DNA of 64,000 nucleotides from Octopus vulgaris (GCA_951406725.2 OX597836.1:36394001-36458000), one strand, 5' to 3'; positions 25,000 through 39,051 are shown, counted from the first letter of the stretch. The notes: generated by a model from the sequence alone, not told the origin. Translations and numbers: made by a program.

Positions 25000-27047
25000 T
25001 ACGTAATTTGGAAGCGAGCTTCTTGCTCCACAGCCAATATGTGACTAAAATATGGACTGTCTTACTAATATAAAGGAAAGCACTGTGACTGACTGGCAGT
25101 TCGTGTTGTTAGCAGTTCACTGTGAGACGTTGCTATAAAGCGTTGAGTTCCGTGTAATAGTAACAGTGGTGCGTCATGTATATATACTTTCTTCACCCAC
25201 TGCTCCATTATTTTATATATTCAATGGAAAGATATAAAAGTGGCGACGAGCTGTTCGACGTAAAAAACGTTTTTTTGTTGTTTGAGACGAAACTAAAGAA
25301 AAAATTATTTAACATAGAGAATTTATTGGCCCCTGCGTTGCAGTTACAACAGTACTGCAATAGTTACAACCGTATATACAGCTACACTTGCTGTAGCAGC
25401 AGCAGCATCAGCAGCAACTACCACAGCAATTACAACGAAGCAAATATTTGCTGGAACTAACGTTGGAATCAGAAAATGCTTCTGGTTCGTTCTCGCCAGA
25501 CAACATAGCAAATTCAATTGAGGATTTCAGCTATAATCTATAAGGATTATCTTCTCTACATATTTTCATAGATACGAAGAAATCTTGAAAGAAAAGTGTA
25601 AACGTTGGTCCAACGTGAAAAAGTACGACTATCTTTAAGAACGTTATTCCCTGCCGAAGAAACCAGGTGAGAATTGTTTCGATGAAACAATTACTATTTT
25701 ATCGAAAATTTTCAATGAAAGAAGTTCTCTTTTCAATATTCGATGGCAATGTTTAAATTTGGTAAAAAAAGTTGAAGAAATGTTTGTCACCTAACCCCTG
25801 ACGTGTTCAATTTTTTAAAATTTTTGTTTAAAGCTTTACTGCAAGCAAAGATGCAGACATACATTCCCGAATATTAACAAAATTAGAACAGGCCCAAAAT
25901 TTTACCCTGCAGGCAGTAGTAGAAGGATGTCAGAGGATTATTAAGCAATGAATGGGCCAAATAAAATTGAAGAGAAATATTGATTCAAGCGTGTAGACTA
26001 GTAACGAATAAGAAAATAGAAAAAAAATGTCAAGACTGAATATAAAAGTATGGGACAATTGGACATAAAAAGTCGCATTGTAGGACATGACCTAAAAAGC
26101 GGTGCAATAAAACAAATCACGTAAACGGATTATGGTGACAAAAAATACGGACGTGCCTCAAAGAAAATTTGTGAATGTAAAAATTAATAACACAAACGTA
26201 AAGTCACAACTGGATACAATCAACGATATCTCAGTAATTAAGACAGATACAGGGGAAAGTTCGGGAGACCCAAATTGATTGTAACTTCAAAAATTGCCCA
26301 TAGTGTTTCAGGAAAAAATTATATTTTAAGAGTGAATTGATAAGTAACATTACATTGCGTGAAAAAACCTTAAACGCTAAAGTTTTGTGTTAAATAATAC
26401 CACAAACTTGTTCGATACTGACTAGAGGGTAATTGTTTCGGTAAAAATGTAAACGGTCTTTCTTTTATCCATTTTAAAGTCGTCAGACAGATTTTAAAAG
26501 TATGTAATATTTTTCCTGAAGTTTTGTGCGATGAAATAGGCCGTGTACCAAAGCGAAGGCACAGTTTCAAATACGAGACGCGATGCCGACATTTAAACAA
26601 AAACGAACGTTACTGTTCGCAGCGTTAAAACATATTGACCTAGTGTTAGCGAGACTAGAAAAAAATCGGAGTTCTCCAAAAAGTAGGATACTCTGAATGA
26701 TCATGCTCAACTGCATTCGTTAAGAGAAAGAATAATTAAATCAGATTGTGTGCTGATTTTCCCCACTGGAATTGAACCGTAAAAGCAAGAAGATAGAGGA
26801 GACAAATTTTAAAAAGAGGTGATATTTGGAACGATTACGACCACCACTCAAATGACTAAAAGGCAGACTCACTTATTATTATAAAGTAATGTGGGCAATT
26901 GACAGTTAATGTTGATAAGCAGTTCACTGTGAGCTTTTGTTGTAAGGGCGTTGAATCTCGTGTAATAACAATAGTAGGGCGTCGTGAATATAATTTCTCC
27001 TCTCCTGCTTCGTTACACTGTAAATCCAATAAAAGGATATAAAAATA
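25000..27047 (+). mobile_element. Old, internally deleted Gypsy (Mag/K02A2.6-like) LTR retrotransposon
   Basis: Diverged LTRs ~25000-25240 and ~26821-27047 (shared AGCAGTTCACTGTGAG); PBS TGGCGACGAG 25241-25250; PPT ~26811; gag SSLFNIRWQCLNL, DADIHSRILTKLE; protease VKSQLDT; RT start IRLCADF. Confidence 0.85.
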
Positions 27048-27084
27048 TCTATTGACATATATATATATATATAAATATATTACG

Positions 27085-27146
<62 letters not shown>

Positions 27147-27246
27147 AGCGAATTGGATGGATAGATTGATGGATAAATAGATAAATATATATATATATAT
27201 ATACATAGATAGATAGATAAGATAAGATAAGAAGGAGATAATTGGC

Positions 27247-27533
27247 ACTCCGTCGGTTACGACGACTACGATTTCAGTTGGTCTGATTAACAGAATAGTC
27301 TACTCGGGAAATTTACGTGTAGGTAGCAGACCACTTCACAGAGGTGCGTACACTTAAGGCGGATCCCAGGGAGACTGAGCGTGGCACACAATATGACGAA
27401 GCTGGTACGAAGAGGACTAGAGCAACCTGAAATAAAATATCTTGCTCAAGAGCACAATGCCCCGCCAGGAATTGAACTCGTGATATAACGATAGTTACCT
27501 GAATACTCTAACCATTCAGTCACGTGCCATCAC
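27247..27533 (-). mobile_element. Old CORE-type SINE
   Basis: Diverged match to 10932-11254. Confidence 0.75.
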
Positions 27534-27559
27534 GCACACAGACATATTACATGTATAAT

Positions 27560-27701
27560 AGTTGAAATTTACAGAAAAACAAAAGACGAAGATAGGTGTA
27601 TAAACAACAAACAGGTGTATTAGTTTAACGCTCGGGAAGGTGAGGAAGTCGTTTACGTTTCGAGCCTGCGCTCTTTAACAGAAAGGAACACGAGGAAATA
27701 A

Positions 27702-27705
<4 letters not shown>
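27560..27705 (-). mobile_element. Penelope pLTR-like remnant with hammerhead-like motif
   Basis: CTGTTAAA-GAGC-GCAG-GCTC-GAAA-CGTA on - strand; related truncated copy at 7250-7330. Confidence 0.55.
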
Positions 27706-27732
<27 letters not shown>

Positions 27733-28337
27733 AAGAGAGAGAGAGAGAGAGGGAGAAATAGAGAGAGAGAGGGAGAAATAGAGAGAGAGAGGGAGAAATA
27801 GAGAGAGAGAGAGAGAGAGAATATTAAAAAAAAAGAATTTTTCTAGCGCTCAATCATGGTGGCCTCCAGACTGATTTGATTAGTAAAACAGAAATAAAAT
27901 TTAACCGTTAGAAATGTCTCTGCGTCTCAGTGTTCCTCCGCCCCCTTGTAGTTGGGAATAGTTTGTGTAAAGCACCGAACATTGTCATCTACCGACATAT
28001 GTTTATCAGAATAACACTTTAGATGCGATTAACAACAAAACACTCACCTGGAAAATATGTGTAACGGGTATAAAAGAAGAAAGGAGATAATACACAGTCG
28101 CTTTAGAACAGAAGCCAAGACTCCGTAAATAATTCATTATACTTTCCTAACATGGTTAAATACACTAAATAGCTAGGGTTGAATATAAACTAAGATCAAA
28201 GTTCAGGAAGCTTATAGAAAGTGTTAAGATCACAGCTACGAAGGTAATCAACGTTGAATTCATAATATCAAATATATTAGATGTGAAGTTTTATAAGTTT
28301 CCCTAAAACTGGTTCGTCAACACCATCGTCAACGTCA

Positions 28338-28620
28338 CCATCATCATCATCATCTTCATCATCATCATCCTCATCATAATCCTCATCATCATCCTCATCC
28401 TCATCATCATAATCATCATCATCATCATCATCCTCATCATCATCATCATCATCATCTTCATCATCATCGTCGTCATCATCATCATCATCATCCTCATCAT
28501 CTTCTACATCATTATCGTCGTCGTCTTCGTCATCATCACCATCCTCATCATCATCATAATCATCATCATCATCGTTTCCGTCGACATCTTCGACTGCGCC
28601 AGCATCGTCAGCATCATATT
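28338..28620. repeat. (CAT)n microsatellite
   Basis: Direct reading. Confidence 0.95.
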
Positions 28621-28680
28621 CTTTATCTTCTTGCTCAACAACAATAGCTTGAATGGGAAAAACAAATAATAATAATAATG

Positions 28681-28735
<55 letters not shown>

Positions 28736-28737
<2 letters not shown>

Positions 28738-29289
28738 GCCCTGAAACAGTACCAGACATTGGATCTCGTGGCTCCTGATCTGAACTGATAGGAAATGTTA
28801 TCATGTACATTGTTTTGTCTTGGTATAAAAAATGGGCTACAACAAATATTCTGCTCAATACCACAGATTTGCTTGTCAGTTGTTTGACCATAACCAGTTG
28901 AGCATGTCCCTTAGTGGCTGACGATATGTGCATTTCTGATCACGAGCAGAAGTAGTGGGGGAGCATCATAGCCATGTGTTGAGAGGGATTCTTTGGGGTT
29001 TGAATTATTCATCTCTGGAAACATGTGTTTCATTCAACATCCTTAAACAATCCTTATTCAGGGACCTTTTGAGCGAGATGGGCTACTCGACCAGAAGAAA
29101 ATTCTAACTGGGCCCCCACCTACAAGGTCATGTGATGTTTATCTTGATATGAGATCACCATGTCGCGCACATATGGTTCTGATTTATATGCCTGGTGTAT
29201 CCTTATTAGACGGGTAGTGATGATGGGTATACTGGACTTCGTATATTTTACCCCACTGTCACTTTGATGGCATGCACTGCTATCTGCCT
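28736..29289. mobile_element. Non-coding ~550-bp insertion flanked on both sides by (AAT)n
   Basis: Sharp boundaries with AAT runs 28666-28735 and 29290-29314; higher GC than flanks; no credible ORF or Pol III boxes. Confidence 0.6.
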
Positions 29290-29314
29290 TAATAATAATG
29301 ATAATAATAATAAT

Positions 29315-29520
29315 AAGAAGAAGAAGAAGAAGAAGAAGGAGGAGGAGGAGGAGGAGGAGGAGGAGAAGACGGAGGAAGAGGGGGAGGGGGAGGTGGAAGA
29401 GAAGAAGAAGAAGGAGGAGGAGGAGGAAGATGAGGAGGGGAGGAAGTGGAAGAGTAAGAAGTGGAGTTGGAAGAGAAAAAGAAGAAGAAGAAGAAGAAGA
29501 AGAAGAAAGAAGAAGAAGAA

Positions 29521-29552
<32 letters not shown>

Positions 29553-29595
29553 AGAATAGGAGGAAATGAAGAAGAAAAAGAAGAACAAGAACAGC
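29315..29595. repeat. (GAA)n/(GGA)n polypurine tract
   Basis: Direct reading. Confidence 0.95.
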
Positions 29596-30151
29596 AATAA
29601 TAGCCTAACTAAAGTGAATAACTAATGAATAGTACCTGCGTTTAATTGGCAAAAGGTGACCATCCGCGAATGTAACTCAGTGGAACAATATTTATTGTTC
29701 AAGAATAAACAAAAAAATCATAAATTAGAGAAATATATAATAAAGAGTGAGGAAACTGACAATATTAAATCAGATAATAATTCTCAAAATCGATATTAGC
29801 ACAAAACTAATCAAAACTAACAATTCGATGCAACCAGCAACATAACCAAAATTCAAAGTAGATCATGGGCTTAGTATATTTGTATATAGTGAAAAAGTAA
29901 ATTAGGATATAAACATTTAGGGCTAGCACTTGTGCACTGAGGATATGGGTGCACACCATATTTGAATGCAGACCTCGAAGTGTCATTTGTAGATGAAGGA
30001 TTTCTGCAGACGTTTCGAATACTACCACAGCGTTACCTGAGCTACGGTGGACACCTCACCGACGAAGGTGAGAAAACTGCTATAAACAGGATAAGCATTG
30101 TGGAGCCAGATACTTCGAGGCCAGATGTTCCTACTATCCATAATTCTCCTT

Positions 30152-30799
30152 CTTATTTCATTATTCCCCACAAGTGGCTAAACATAGAAAGGACAAATAA
30201 GGACAGAGAGAGGGATTAAATTGATTACATGGACCCCAATGCCTAACTGGTACTTAATTTATCGATCCCGAAGGAGAAAAGACATAGTCGACCTTGGCGT
30301 AATTGAACGTAACAGCAAACGAAATAACTATTTCTTTACTACCCACAAGGGGCTAAACACAGAGGGGACAAACAAGGACAGACAAACGGATTAAGTCGAT
30401 TGTATCGACCCCAGTGTGTAACTGGTACTTTATTTATCGATGCCGAAAGGATGAAAGGTAAAGTCGACGTCGGCGGAATTTGAACTCAGAACGTAACGGC
30501 ATACGAAATACGGCTACGCATTTCGCCCGGCGTGCTAACGTTTCTGCCAGCTCGCCGCCTTAAATACCAATTTCTTTACTAACCACAAGGGGCTAAACAC
30601 AGAGAGGACAAACAAGGACAGACATACGGATGAAGTCGACTATATCGACCCCAGTGCGTAACTGGTACTTATTTAATCGACCCCGAAATGATGAAAGGTA
30701 AAGTCGACCTCAGCGGAATTTGAACTCAGAAAGTAACGGCAGACGAAATACCACTAAGCATTTCGCCCGGCGTCTTAACGTTTCTGCCAGCTCGCCACC
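30152..30799 (-). mobile_element. Family M SINE trimer (headless + full + full)
   Basis: Outer TSD CCATAATTCTCCTT 30138-30151/30798-30811; junction GAAATAACTATTTC 30321-30334. Confidence 0.88.
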
Positions 30800-30930
30800 A
30801 TAATTCTCCTTGTTGCACCATTTACATTGTCTCTTTAGCTAAATGTAATGACTGGCTTTTTCAGCAGATTCTGAGAATGTTCTGGCAACCTGCTTTCTCT
30901 CCTTCGCAGCTAGTCTAATACTTCTGAGTA

Positions 30931-31256
30931 AAAAAGACTCCGTCGGTTACGACGACGAGGGTCCCAGCTGATACGATGAACGGAACAGCTTGCTCGTGAA
31001 ATTAACGTGCAAATGGCTGAGCATTCCACAGACACGTGTACCCTTAACGTAGTTCTCGGGGATAATCAGCGTGACACAGAGAGTGATAAGGCTGACCCTT
31101 TGAAATACAAGTACAACTCATTTTTGCCAGCTGAGTGGACTGGAGCAACGTGAAATAAAGTGTCTTGCTCAAGGACACAACGCGTCGCCGGGAATCGAAC
31201 TCACAACCTTACGATCATGAGCCGAATGCCCTAACCACTAAGCCACGCGCCCTCAC
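30931..31256 (-). mobile_element. Young CORE-type SINE
   Basis: Near-identical to 10932-11254; TSD AATACTTCTGAGTA. Confidence 0.92.
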
Positions 31257-32557
31257 AATACTTCTGAGTATCGCATGAACAATGGCTGATGTCAGTCCCT
31301 ACCTAAATATCAGGAAACCCACTCTAAATTTGAAATCCTAGCAAAATATGATAACGTAATATTATGCCTAGATATTAATTAACCGGAGAGAGGAAATGTT
31401 ATGTAAAATAGATAGCAAGAAGACTAAAAAGCCATATTGTTATGCATGTTTCAGATGCTGTTCATGGTGAGTGAGACTTCATAGTTAGTGAATGAGTGCG
31501 ACCATCGCAAAGTATACTTCAAATATTAAGAAACTGATTAAATCCGCGGTTGGTTTAACACCCTTCTTGCTCCTTGAGGGTGTTGTCAGAGCAGTTTATT
31601 GTGTTGCAAGCTCTCGAGCAAGATCTCCTGTTTGAGAGCAGGTTCCACTAGCATTTCCTCAAGTACGCACAATATTATTGAAAAATGTTTTCACCCCGAG
31701 CTGCCCTTCCTTTTGTCAGAATGGCATCACAATACAGAATAATGATCAATCAGAATACGAAACAAAATTAAATTTTCTCTCTGCTGACATGTAATATAAA
31801 ATTGGAAACAATAAAACATACCAATTATTCCAAACAACTCAATGCTTTTCATGTAATAATGACATCAAGAAAAAATAATTTAAATATTGAAACTAAATGT
31901 GAATACATTGAAAATGGGATAAAAAAAAAAAAAGCGTCAATAAACCTCCTTTTTTTCTAGTAACTTCAATAAAGATAGTGATTTCGTTTAAGTAGGAATA
32001 TTCTGAAATGTTTTTTTCAGTGATGTTGCTTTGCTATAACATATTGTTGGCTGGGCGGCATATTTGATTATATTTCATTCCATTCTTCATTTTTTGTCCT
32101 TTATTATCATTTATTATATTTTTTTTTTTATATTTGTATTTATCCATTGATTTATAATTCATAGTTTATTTACTGTTTTTTTCTTTTCTGGTGTTTTTTT
32201 TTTTTGGGGGGGGGGAAATTTTGTAATATTGAAAGCATTGATTATGACTAAGAGATTCATAGCAGAAATCAGCTATCAAAACTCGTCGACATCGTCGTGG
32301 TTGCCGTTTGTTGTCGTTGTCGTCATCATCATTATTAGCAGCAGCAGCAGCTACCAACTACTACTTTCAGTTTCACTTTGGTCGGCCTCCAAAACGGACA
32401 CTTAACATATATTCGAAACCTTAATTAGTATCCCAAATTCGTCATGAGTCACGGCAGAACTGTCTTCTGTTAAGGGGCAGGAGCCTGGTGTTTTGTGGAT
32501 GCCGACAGCTTATTTCTCACATAACACGGTTCTTGGCGTGGTATGTGTATCTCAGAC

Positions 32558-32942
32558 GTGGAGGCGCAATGGCCCAGTGGTTAGGGCAGCGGACTTGCGG
32601 TCATAGGATCGCGGTTTCGATTCCCAGACCGGGCGTTGTGAGTGTTTATTGAGCGAAAACACCTAAAAGCTCCACGAGGCTCCGGCAGGGGATGGTGGCG
32701 ATCCCTGCTGTACTCTTTCACCACAACTTTCTCTCACTCTTACTTCTTGTTTCTGTTGTACCTGTATTTCAAGGGGCCGGCCTTGTCACTCTCTGTGTCA
32801 CGCTGAATATCCCCAAGAACTACGTTAAGGGTGCACGTATCTGTGGAGTGCTCAGCCACTTACACGTTAATTTCACGAGCAGGCTGTTCCGTTGATTCGG
32901 ATCAACCGGAATCCTCAGCGTCGTAACCGACGGAGTGCTTCC
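32558..32942 (+). mobile_element. Chimeric SINE: family K head/body with CORE-family tail
   Basis: Head GTGGAGGCGCAATGGCCCAGTGG as at 57179; tail as 11080-11254; TSD ATGTGT(A/G)TCTCAGA. Confidence 0.88.
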
Positions 32943-33657
32943 ACATGTGTGTCTCAGAGATTGGCCGACATTTGGCAGTTCTCTTTCAGCTAATTTGTTC
33001 GCCAACAAAGCAAAGCGGGTATAGTTATTGAAATAAAATTTAATATACGTAAGGTCTCAGAAAAGGACATGAATTTCCCATACGTTAAGAATCTTCCTTT
33101 ACAATATCGTGGTTTTTGATGAAATCAAACTGCTTGAAATATGAAATAAATGTTTACTGCAATGATTTCTGTTCGACCATAATCTTGCAAATGGTATGTT
33201 AGAGAAAGAAACCCGATGAAAGTCTACAGTATTGATCTTTCATTTTCTTCAGCTAAATGGCCTATGATAGCTTTGTATAACTGCTGGTAAACTACGAGTG
33301 GTCGGCCATATATATTACAGCTAGTTACATGCAATGTAACGTTACTATGAAAAACTTCCGTATTTCTTGGCCTACTAATGAAGGTGGTCATAAATATTGG
33401 CTATTTAAACTACTGCAACATAATAGTCTTGTTGGAGAAAAGGTAAAGTTTTCCATGACTATTATAGCTAGGTACAGCTTATGTAAGCATATCATAATAG
33501 GGATAGGTAGACAGTATAAGTGTGCAAGTGCACCACTGCATTATTGTGAAACTTTAAAATACTTCATAGAGAATACATACAACACAGAAGCAAAAGTTTA
33601 ATTGCAAAAGGTTTGAACTACTTTTTCCATGAGCAACTCAACCTCCAATGAAATAAT

Positions 33658-34061
33658 CTTTTCTACTCTAGGCACAAGGCCCGACTTTTTGGGCGGGGAG
33701 AGATTACCAGTCGATTAGATCGAACCCAGTATGCAACTGGTACTTAATTTATCGACCCCCGAAGCAATGAAAGGCAAAGTCGACCTAGGCGGAATTTGAA
33801 CTCAGAATATAAAGACAGAGGAAATACCTATTTCTTTACTGCCCACAAGGTGATAAACACAGAGGAGACAATCAAGGACAGACATACTTATTAATTCGAT
33901 TATATCGACCTCAGTGCGTAACTGGTACTTAATTTATCGACCCCGTAAGGATTAAAGGCAAAGTCGACCTCGGTGGAATTTGAACTCAAAACGTAACGGC
34001 AGACGAAATACGGCTACGCATTTCGCCCGGCATGCTAACGTTTCCGCCAGCTCGCCACCTT
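33658..34061 (-). mobile_element. Family M SINE heterodimer
   Basis: TSD CCTCCAATGAAATAAT 33642-33657/34062-34077; left unit has the alternative tail; junction GAAATACCTATTTC 33821-33834. Confidence 0.88.
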
Positions 34062-35714
34062 CCTCCAATGAAATAATATGAAAGATTATATCACTTATCA
34101 ATTGATGAGTAATATTAGATTAGAAAAAAAAATCATCTGAAATAATAATCCTTACAATAATCATGAAGCAAAAGAGCTAAAACATGTTTCTCTATCGCTC
34201 TCTTTCTCTCGTCGCCCACACACTTGGACGCATGCGCACAACACACACATGATGACAACAATATGCGGAGGAGAAAAAAAATCAATTAAAAGAAGATCTA
34301 TGCAGTCGCTTAATTAAAAGCATACTAAACATGTCCTACTTGAATAAAATGATACTCGATATTCTTAACCATAACGAAAGGATAAACTGAAAATGTATAC
34401 TAGGTACCCACAAAATGATGGATTGATCATATTCGTAAAATAATCAAGAGGTTGCTTAATTAATGTTCATCTTAATAAAGATTAGAATAATATCTAATAT
34501 CTGGCAATGATAATGAAAATAGCCTTGAAGAAACATTCGGAAAACTTATGAAAAATATATACATCATGTATTGATATTTTGAATTATAATTTTTCAACAT
34601 CCATTCACAGCAAGAATTCCTAAATTTTATCTTATTTATATTAAAAGAGTTCCAGTAGATTATAACCATAATTGACAAACAGTATGCGCCAATACCGAAT
34701 CGCATGGAATTTTCTAAACCATTATCAATGCTTTTGTATTTAGTTACATACAATATAGTCAGTACTAAAACGGACAAAAGAAAATCATAAACTAAATTCT
34801 TCCTCTCCCAAAGGATATTTGTTAATATATGACAGATGGTGGCCGACACAGAATGTATTTACGTCGGCTTTCAGCATGCTAGAGATACCAGTAAGAAATC
34901 TCTCTCCATACCCTCCTCTTTAAAATTACTTTACATTTTCTTAGATATATTAAGCTATGAAAATGTAATGATATAACCATGTCTGAGAATGTTTGACCAC
35001 AGCAAGTGTCGGTCACGTCTTGCTGGGGGTAAGTTACAAGAACAGTGTAGTTGAATGAAAGAAATATTGGAATTAGAGAGAGAAAGAAGTGGCAGTTACT
35101 TAAATTGACTATGCGAAAACTATTGCCAACGTGACATTTCCTTGGATACAAGAATACAAAAGTGTTGAGAAACGTTTAGCATTAATCTAATATTGTGGAC
35201 ATTCGTCAATCTCATTACACGCATGGGAATAAACTTCCAAAAATAAACATTAAAGATACTACCAAAATTATTCCAATAAGTGGCAGAACTTTGCCGAGTG
35301 AAATATCTTCTGACAAGAATATGATATACGTGACAAAAGTTTCATTCAAGTGATTTACATGGATGGCTTGACGCAGTTCATTACAAAGGAAGATGGCAGA
35401 CGGCACAATGCATTTCGGAACTCTGAAAACTTTGAGAGAGAGACAAACAAATGTAGAATCAGCTCGATGTGATTTTGCATGGCGAAGCTAAATATATTAC
35501 GAAGTATATATATAGAACCTCTATCTTCTCTCCTTCATTCCGTATATATATATATATATATATATATATTTCTGTTTTACTTGTTTATATATTTCCATCT
35601 GTATGTAAATACGTATGCATATCTAGATTTACCTATTTCCCTCACTCTGTCGGTCGCTCTTTCTTCCTTTCTCTCTCTCTTTATAGATATATATATATGT
35701 ATATATGTATGTAT

Positions 35715-35753
<39 letters not shown>

Positions 35754-35760
35754 CATAAGG

Positions 35761-35799
<39 letters not shown>

Positions 35800-36836
35800 T
35801 ATAGATATATATATACATGTATGCATATGCATATATTTATGTGTGTATATATATGTATGTGTGAGTGCGTGTGTGTGTCTGTGTGTGTGTTACTGGAGAT
35901 AAGGTTTGGAAATTGTTATTGGACGAGAAACACACAACCTGAACTATACTCTTGTGTCCAAACAATTAGACTTTCACTTTTGTTAATGTCATGCCAATTG
36001 TGCAGAAACTCTTGAATGTGACGATTATCTGCTATTCTCATCCGCAGCTGGTCATAATTGCCACTTGATAATTGTGATGTATGCTCTAGAGGCCGAAATA
36101 ATTTTAATAAATCAGTAAATTGTTTTGTATGGTATTTAACATACCTCAATTTATCTATGTTATTGAAATACCCGCGTCTGGCCTCTTCGAGTTGTTTCTC
36201 TCGAAACATACTTGCTTACGTTCAGTATTATTCGATGTAAACAACAGAGATGGTTTGAATCCAGGCGGCATTTTGTAAGCGAACACAGAGAATTATGCTC
36301 GCACAAGACAAAGTAATCATCTGCTTCATGTTGTTGTTGTGATATCCAACCTTAACATCACAAAGGGAGAATCACGAAATAAAATAAAATTATTTATTAA
36401 AATACGAAATCCATTTCAACTGTATAAAAGTCATCCGCTACATCACGCTTAATAAAACAATAATTCGCCTGTAAAATATTTTTCCGAATAGCTGTCTGTG
36501 TTTACGAAACCATGTTCTCTCTGATGTACGGTCTAAACTATTATGCTCAAACTAATAAAAATAAGAAAAGCATATACGATCTACAAGAAATTTCTAACGA
36601 GCGCAACAGTAACTGCTTCTTTATAAATGAGAACGAATTGGAAACAAAGAGAAGACAAGAGAAACTTTAAAGAAAGAAATGATACATGTTAAAAGCGTGA
36701 GATAAAATATGAAATACACATAACAGTTTCAAATAGTAATCATTGTATTTACAAATTATTATCTGATCAGTGAAAAGAGTAATCTACTTTAAAACCAGAT
36801 TAAATAGAACTCCTAATATCTAATGCATTGAAGGTA

Positions 36837-37005
36837 CTGAGCTGGAAGAACTGTTAGCACGCTGGCGAAAATGCTTAGCAGTATTTCATCCGTCTTTACA
36901 GAGTCGATAGAAGAAGTACCAGTGGAGCATTGGCGGCGATTTAATCGACATGGCACTCCTCCCCCAAAAGTGCTAGCTTTGCAGCCGAATTTAAAACCAT
37001 TATTT
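36837..37005 (+). mobile_element. Decayed, internally deleted family M SINE
   Basis: GAGCTGG.AGAA..GTTAGCACGCTGGCGAAAATGCTTAGCAGTATTTC head. Confidence 0.6.
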
Positions 37006-37934
37006 AATGGCTTATTCAGACGTAGAAAGGCAAAACTCCATGACTATTTCTAGGCCCTTTTAGACTAGTAAAGGAAAATGAAAAGTTTGAACTAAACTTA
37101 GACTTAGATCCCCTCACAGTCTTTTCAAATCATGTGAACTCAAGAAATTACATCAGCAACAAAAAATGAAGATTATAATGTGATTGGCATACTAAAAGTC
37201 GATTATTCAAATTTTGTTAACCAAAGCAAGCGTCTTTAAAGTACAAAAGTGAAGAAACTGAAATTGTATAAACTTGTATGAAAATATCGCGTGTAATATT
37301 CAAAACATATTTGGTTCTACTTTGGCGTCTGAGCTACAACTTACAGACTGATTGCTTGAGGTTGCTATTTTACTTTGTTTTTCCATTTCCAAAATTCCTA
37401 TATATGTTGGCTCAAGGTTGTTTACAATAAATTATTTTGTATAAACTTAGAATTGGAAATGTAATTTTTCAAAATTCTGACTATTTTACAATATTTCATT
37501 TATGTGTGAGTAAATAATAAAAAGAAACGAAGATTAAAGAATATGATAGTTAAGATAAGTGCATAGATCACATGAGTTTGGCAACCGCGCGCGTTGCAAC
37601 GTAAAGAAACTAAAAATTGACCTAACGTAATCGCCCTCGCATTTGTTGATCACACGCCAAAGTAGCACCAACTACTTAGTACCATGTCACAGGCTGCACA
37701 TAAATTGACAGAAGGAGTAACAAAAAAAATCCCTCGTTTTCATGCGTCCGGCCAAAAGGCGTCAGCCATCCGAATGTATAATACATGACCATACACTGTC
37801 AACACAACTCTTAGGCTGGCATTACTGAAGCCATATGTTAAGATCCTCGAATATTTGTTTTTTTTCTTTCACTCTGTTTTTGTTACTCTGCATTTCTCTC
37901 TTTCTCTCTTACCCTCTCTCTGATTTCACTCACA

Positions 37935-37979
<45 letters not shown>

Positions 37980-38316
37980 TCTTACTACTCACGCTTTTCC
38001 TCCTGTTATCTGGTTATCTCCGATTGATCAATAAACAGGATGATCTTTTATTTCATCTAGAATTTTCAGAATGTATTCACTTTTCTAAAAACTTCGATGT
38101 TTGTCATTATCCAAAAATCTGTGAAACTACTCTGGCATATCTCTGCAACACTGGAAGAAATTGTCTTTGTGATTATATTTGTGTACCACTACTGCTTTAG
38201 AAATGATGCTGATTTGATCACGTCCCTATAACTTAGCAGTTTGGGAAAAAGCGACCGAAATATAAGAAGAATTTTGTGGAAAAAATTGAAAGCCGGATTA
38301 GCTTGTTCGACTAATC

Positions 38317-38533
38317 TGTTTCTTTATAACCCAGAAGGGGACAAACAACAACAGACAAAGGGATTAAGTCAATTAAATCGACCACAGTGCGTAACTGGTA
38401 CTTAATTTATTGACCCCGAAAGGATGAAAGGCAAAGTCGACCTCGGCAGAATTTGAACTCAGAACGTAGCGACGGTCGAAATACCGCGAAGCACTTCGCC
38501 AGGCGTGCTAACCTTTCTGCTAGTTCGCCGCCT
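38317..38533 (-). mobile_element. Family M SINE monomer inserted in an older SINE
   Basis: Full head and core; TSD TTGTTCGACTAAT on both sides. Confidence 0.85.
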
Positions 38534-38942
38534 TTGTTCGACTAATGATTGAACCCCTGAAGGCAGTCTAATGACTGAATCACGTAAAAGATGAAAAAAT
38601 AATAGATTAAAGTTTTTTTTTTGGAAGTGTCAGTATCTATACTATATTTACCAAATATGGATAAATCTCTGTTTGTACATGTGAAACGAATATATTTTAT
38701 ATTTAACTACGTCTATAAAATTTTGTGTTGATACTAAATATCTTTCAATATTATTTTCTAATTTATTGCTGAACATAACTCTGATATACTATTACGTAAT
38801 ATTTGCTACTCATAACTAACTTAATAGTTGGTGGTATCCTACGCAGGCTTACATATACTAGGCCATAAATATATCATTTATAATCGCACGCGTGGGCGAC
38901 CATGCGTAGTAACCACCGTTACGAAACTTTGATATACTTGCT

Positions 38943-39051
<109 letters not shown>

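Noticed and set aside
28277-28933. 218-aa acidic membrane protein ORF
   Set aside because: Made of (ATT)n and (GAT)n microsatellites plus part of an inserted element.
35215-35406. nAChR-like chemotactile receptor TM segment
   Set aside because: PLIG-like motif present, but the spacing to the upstream proline is too short and there is no Cys-loop or M2 signature.
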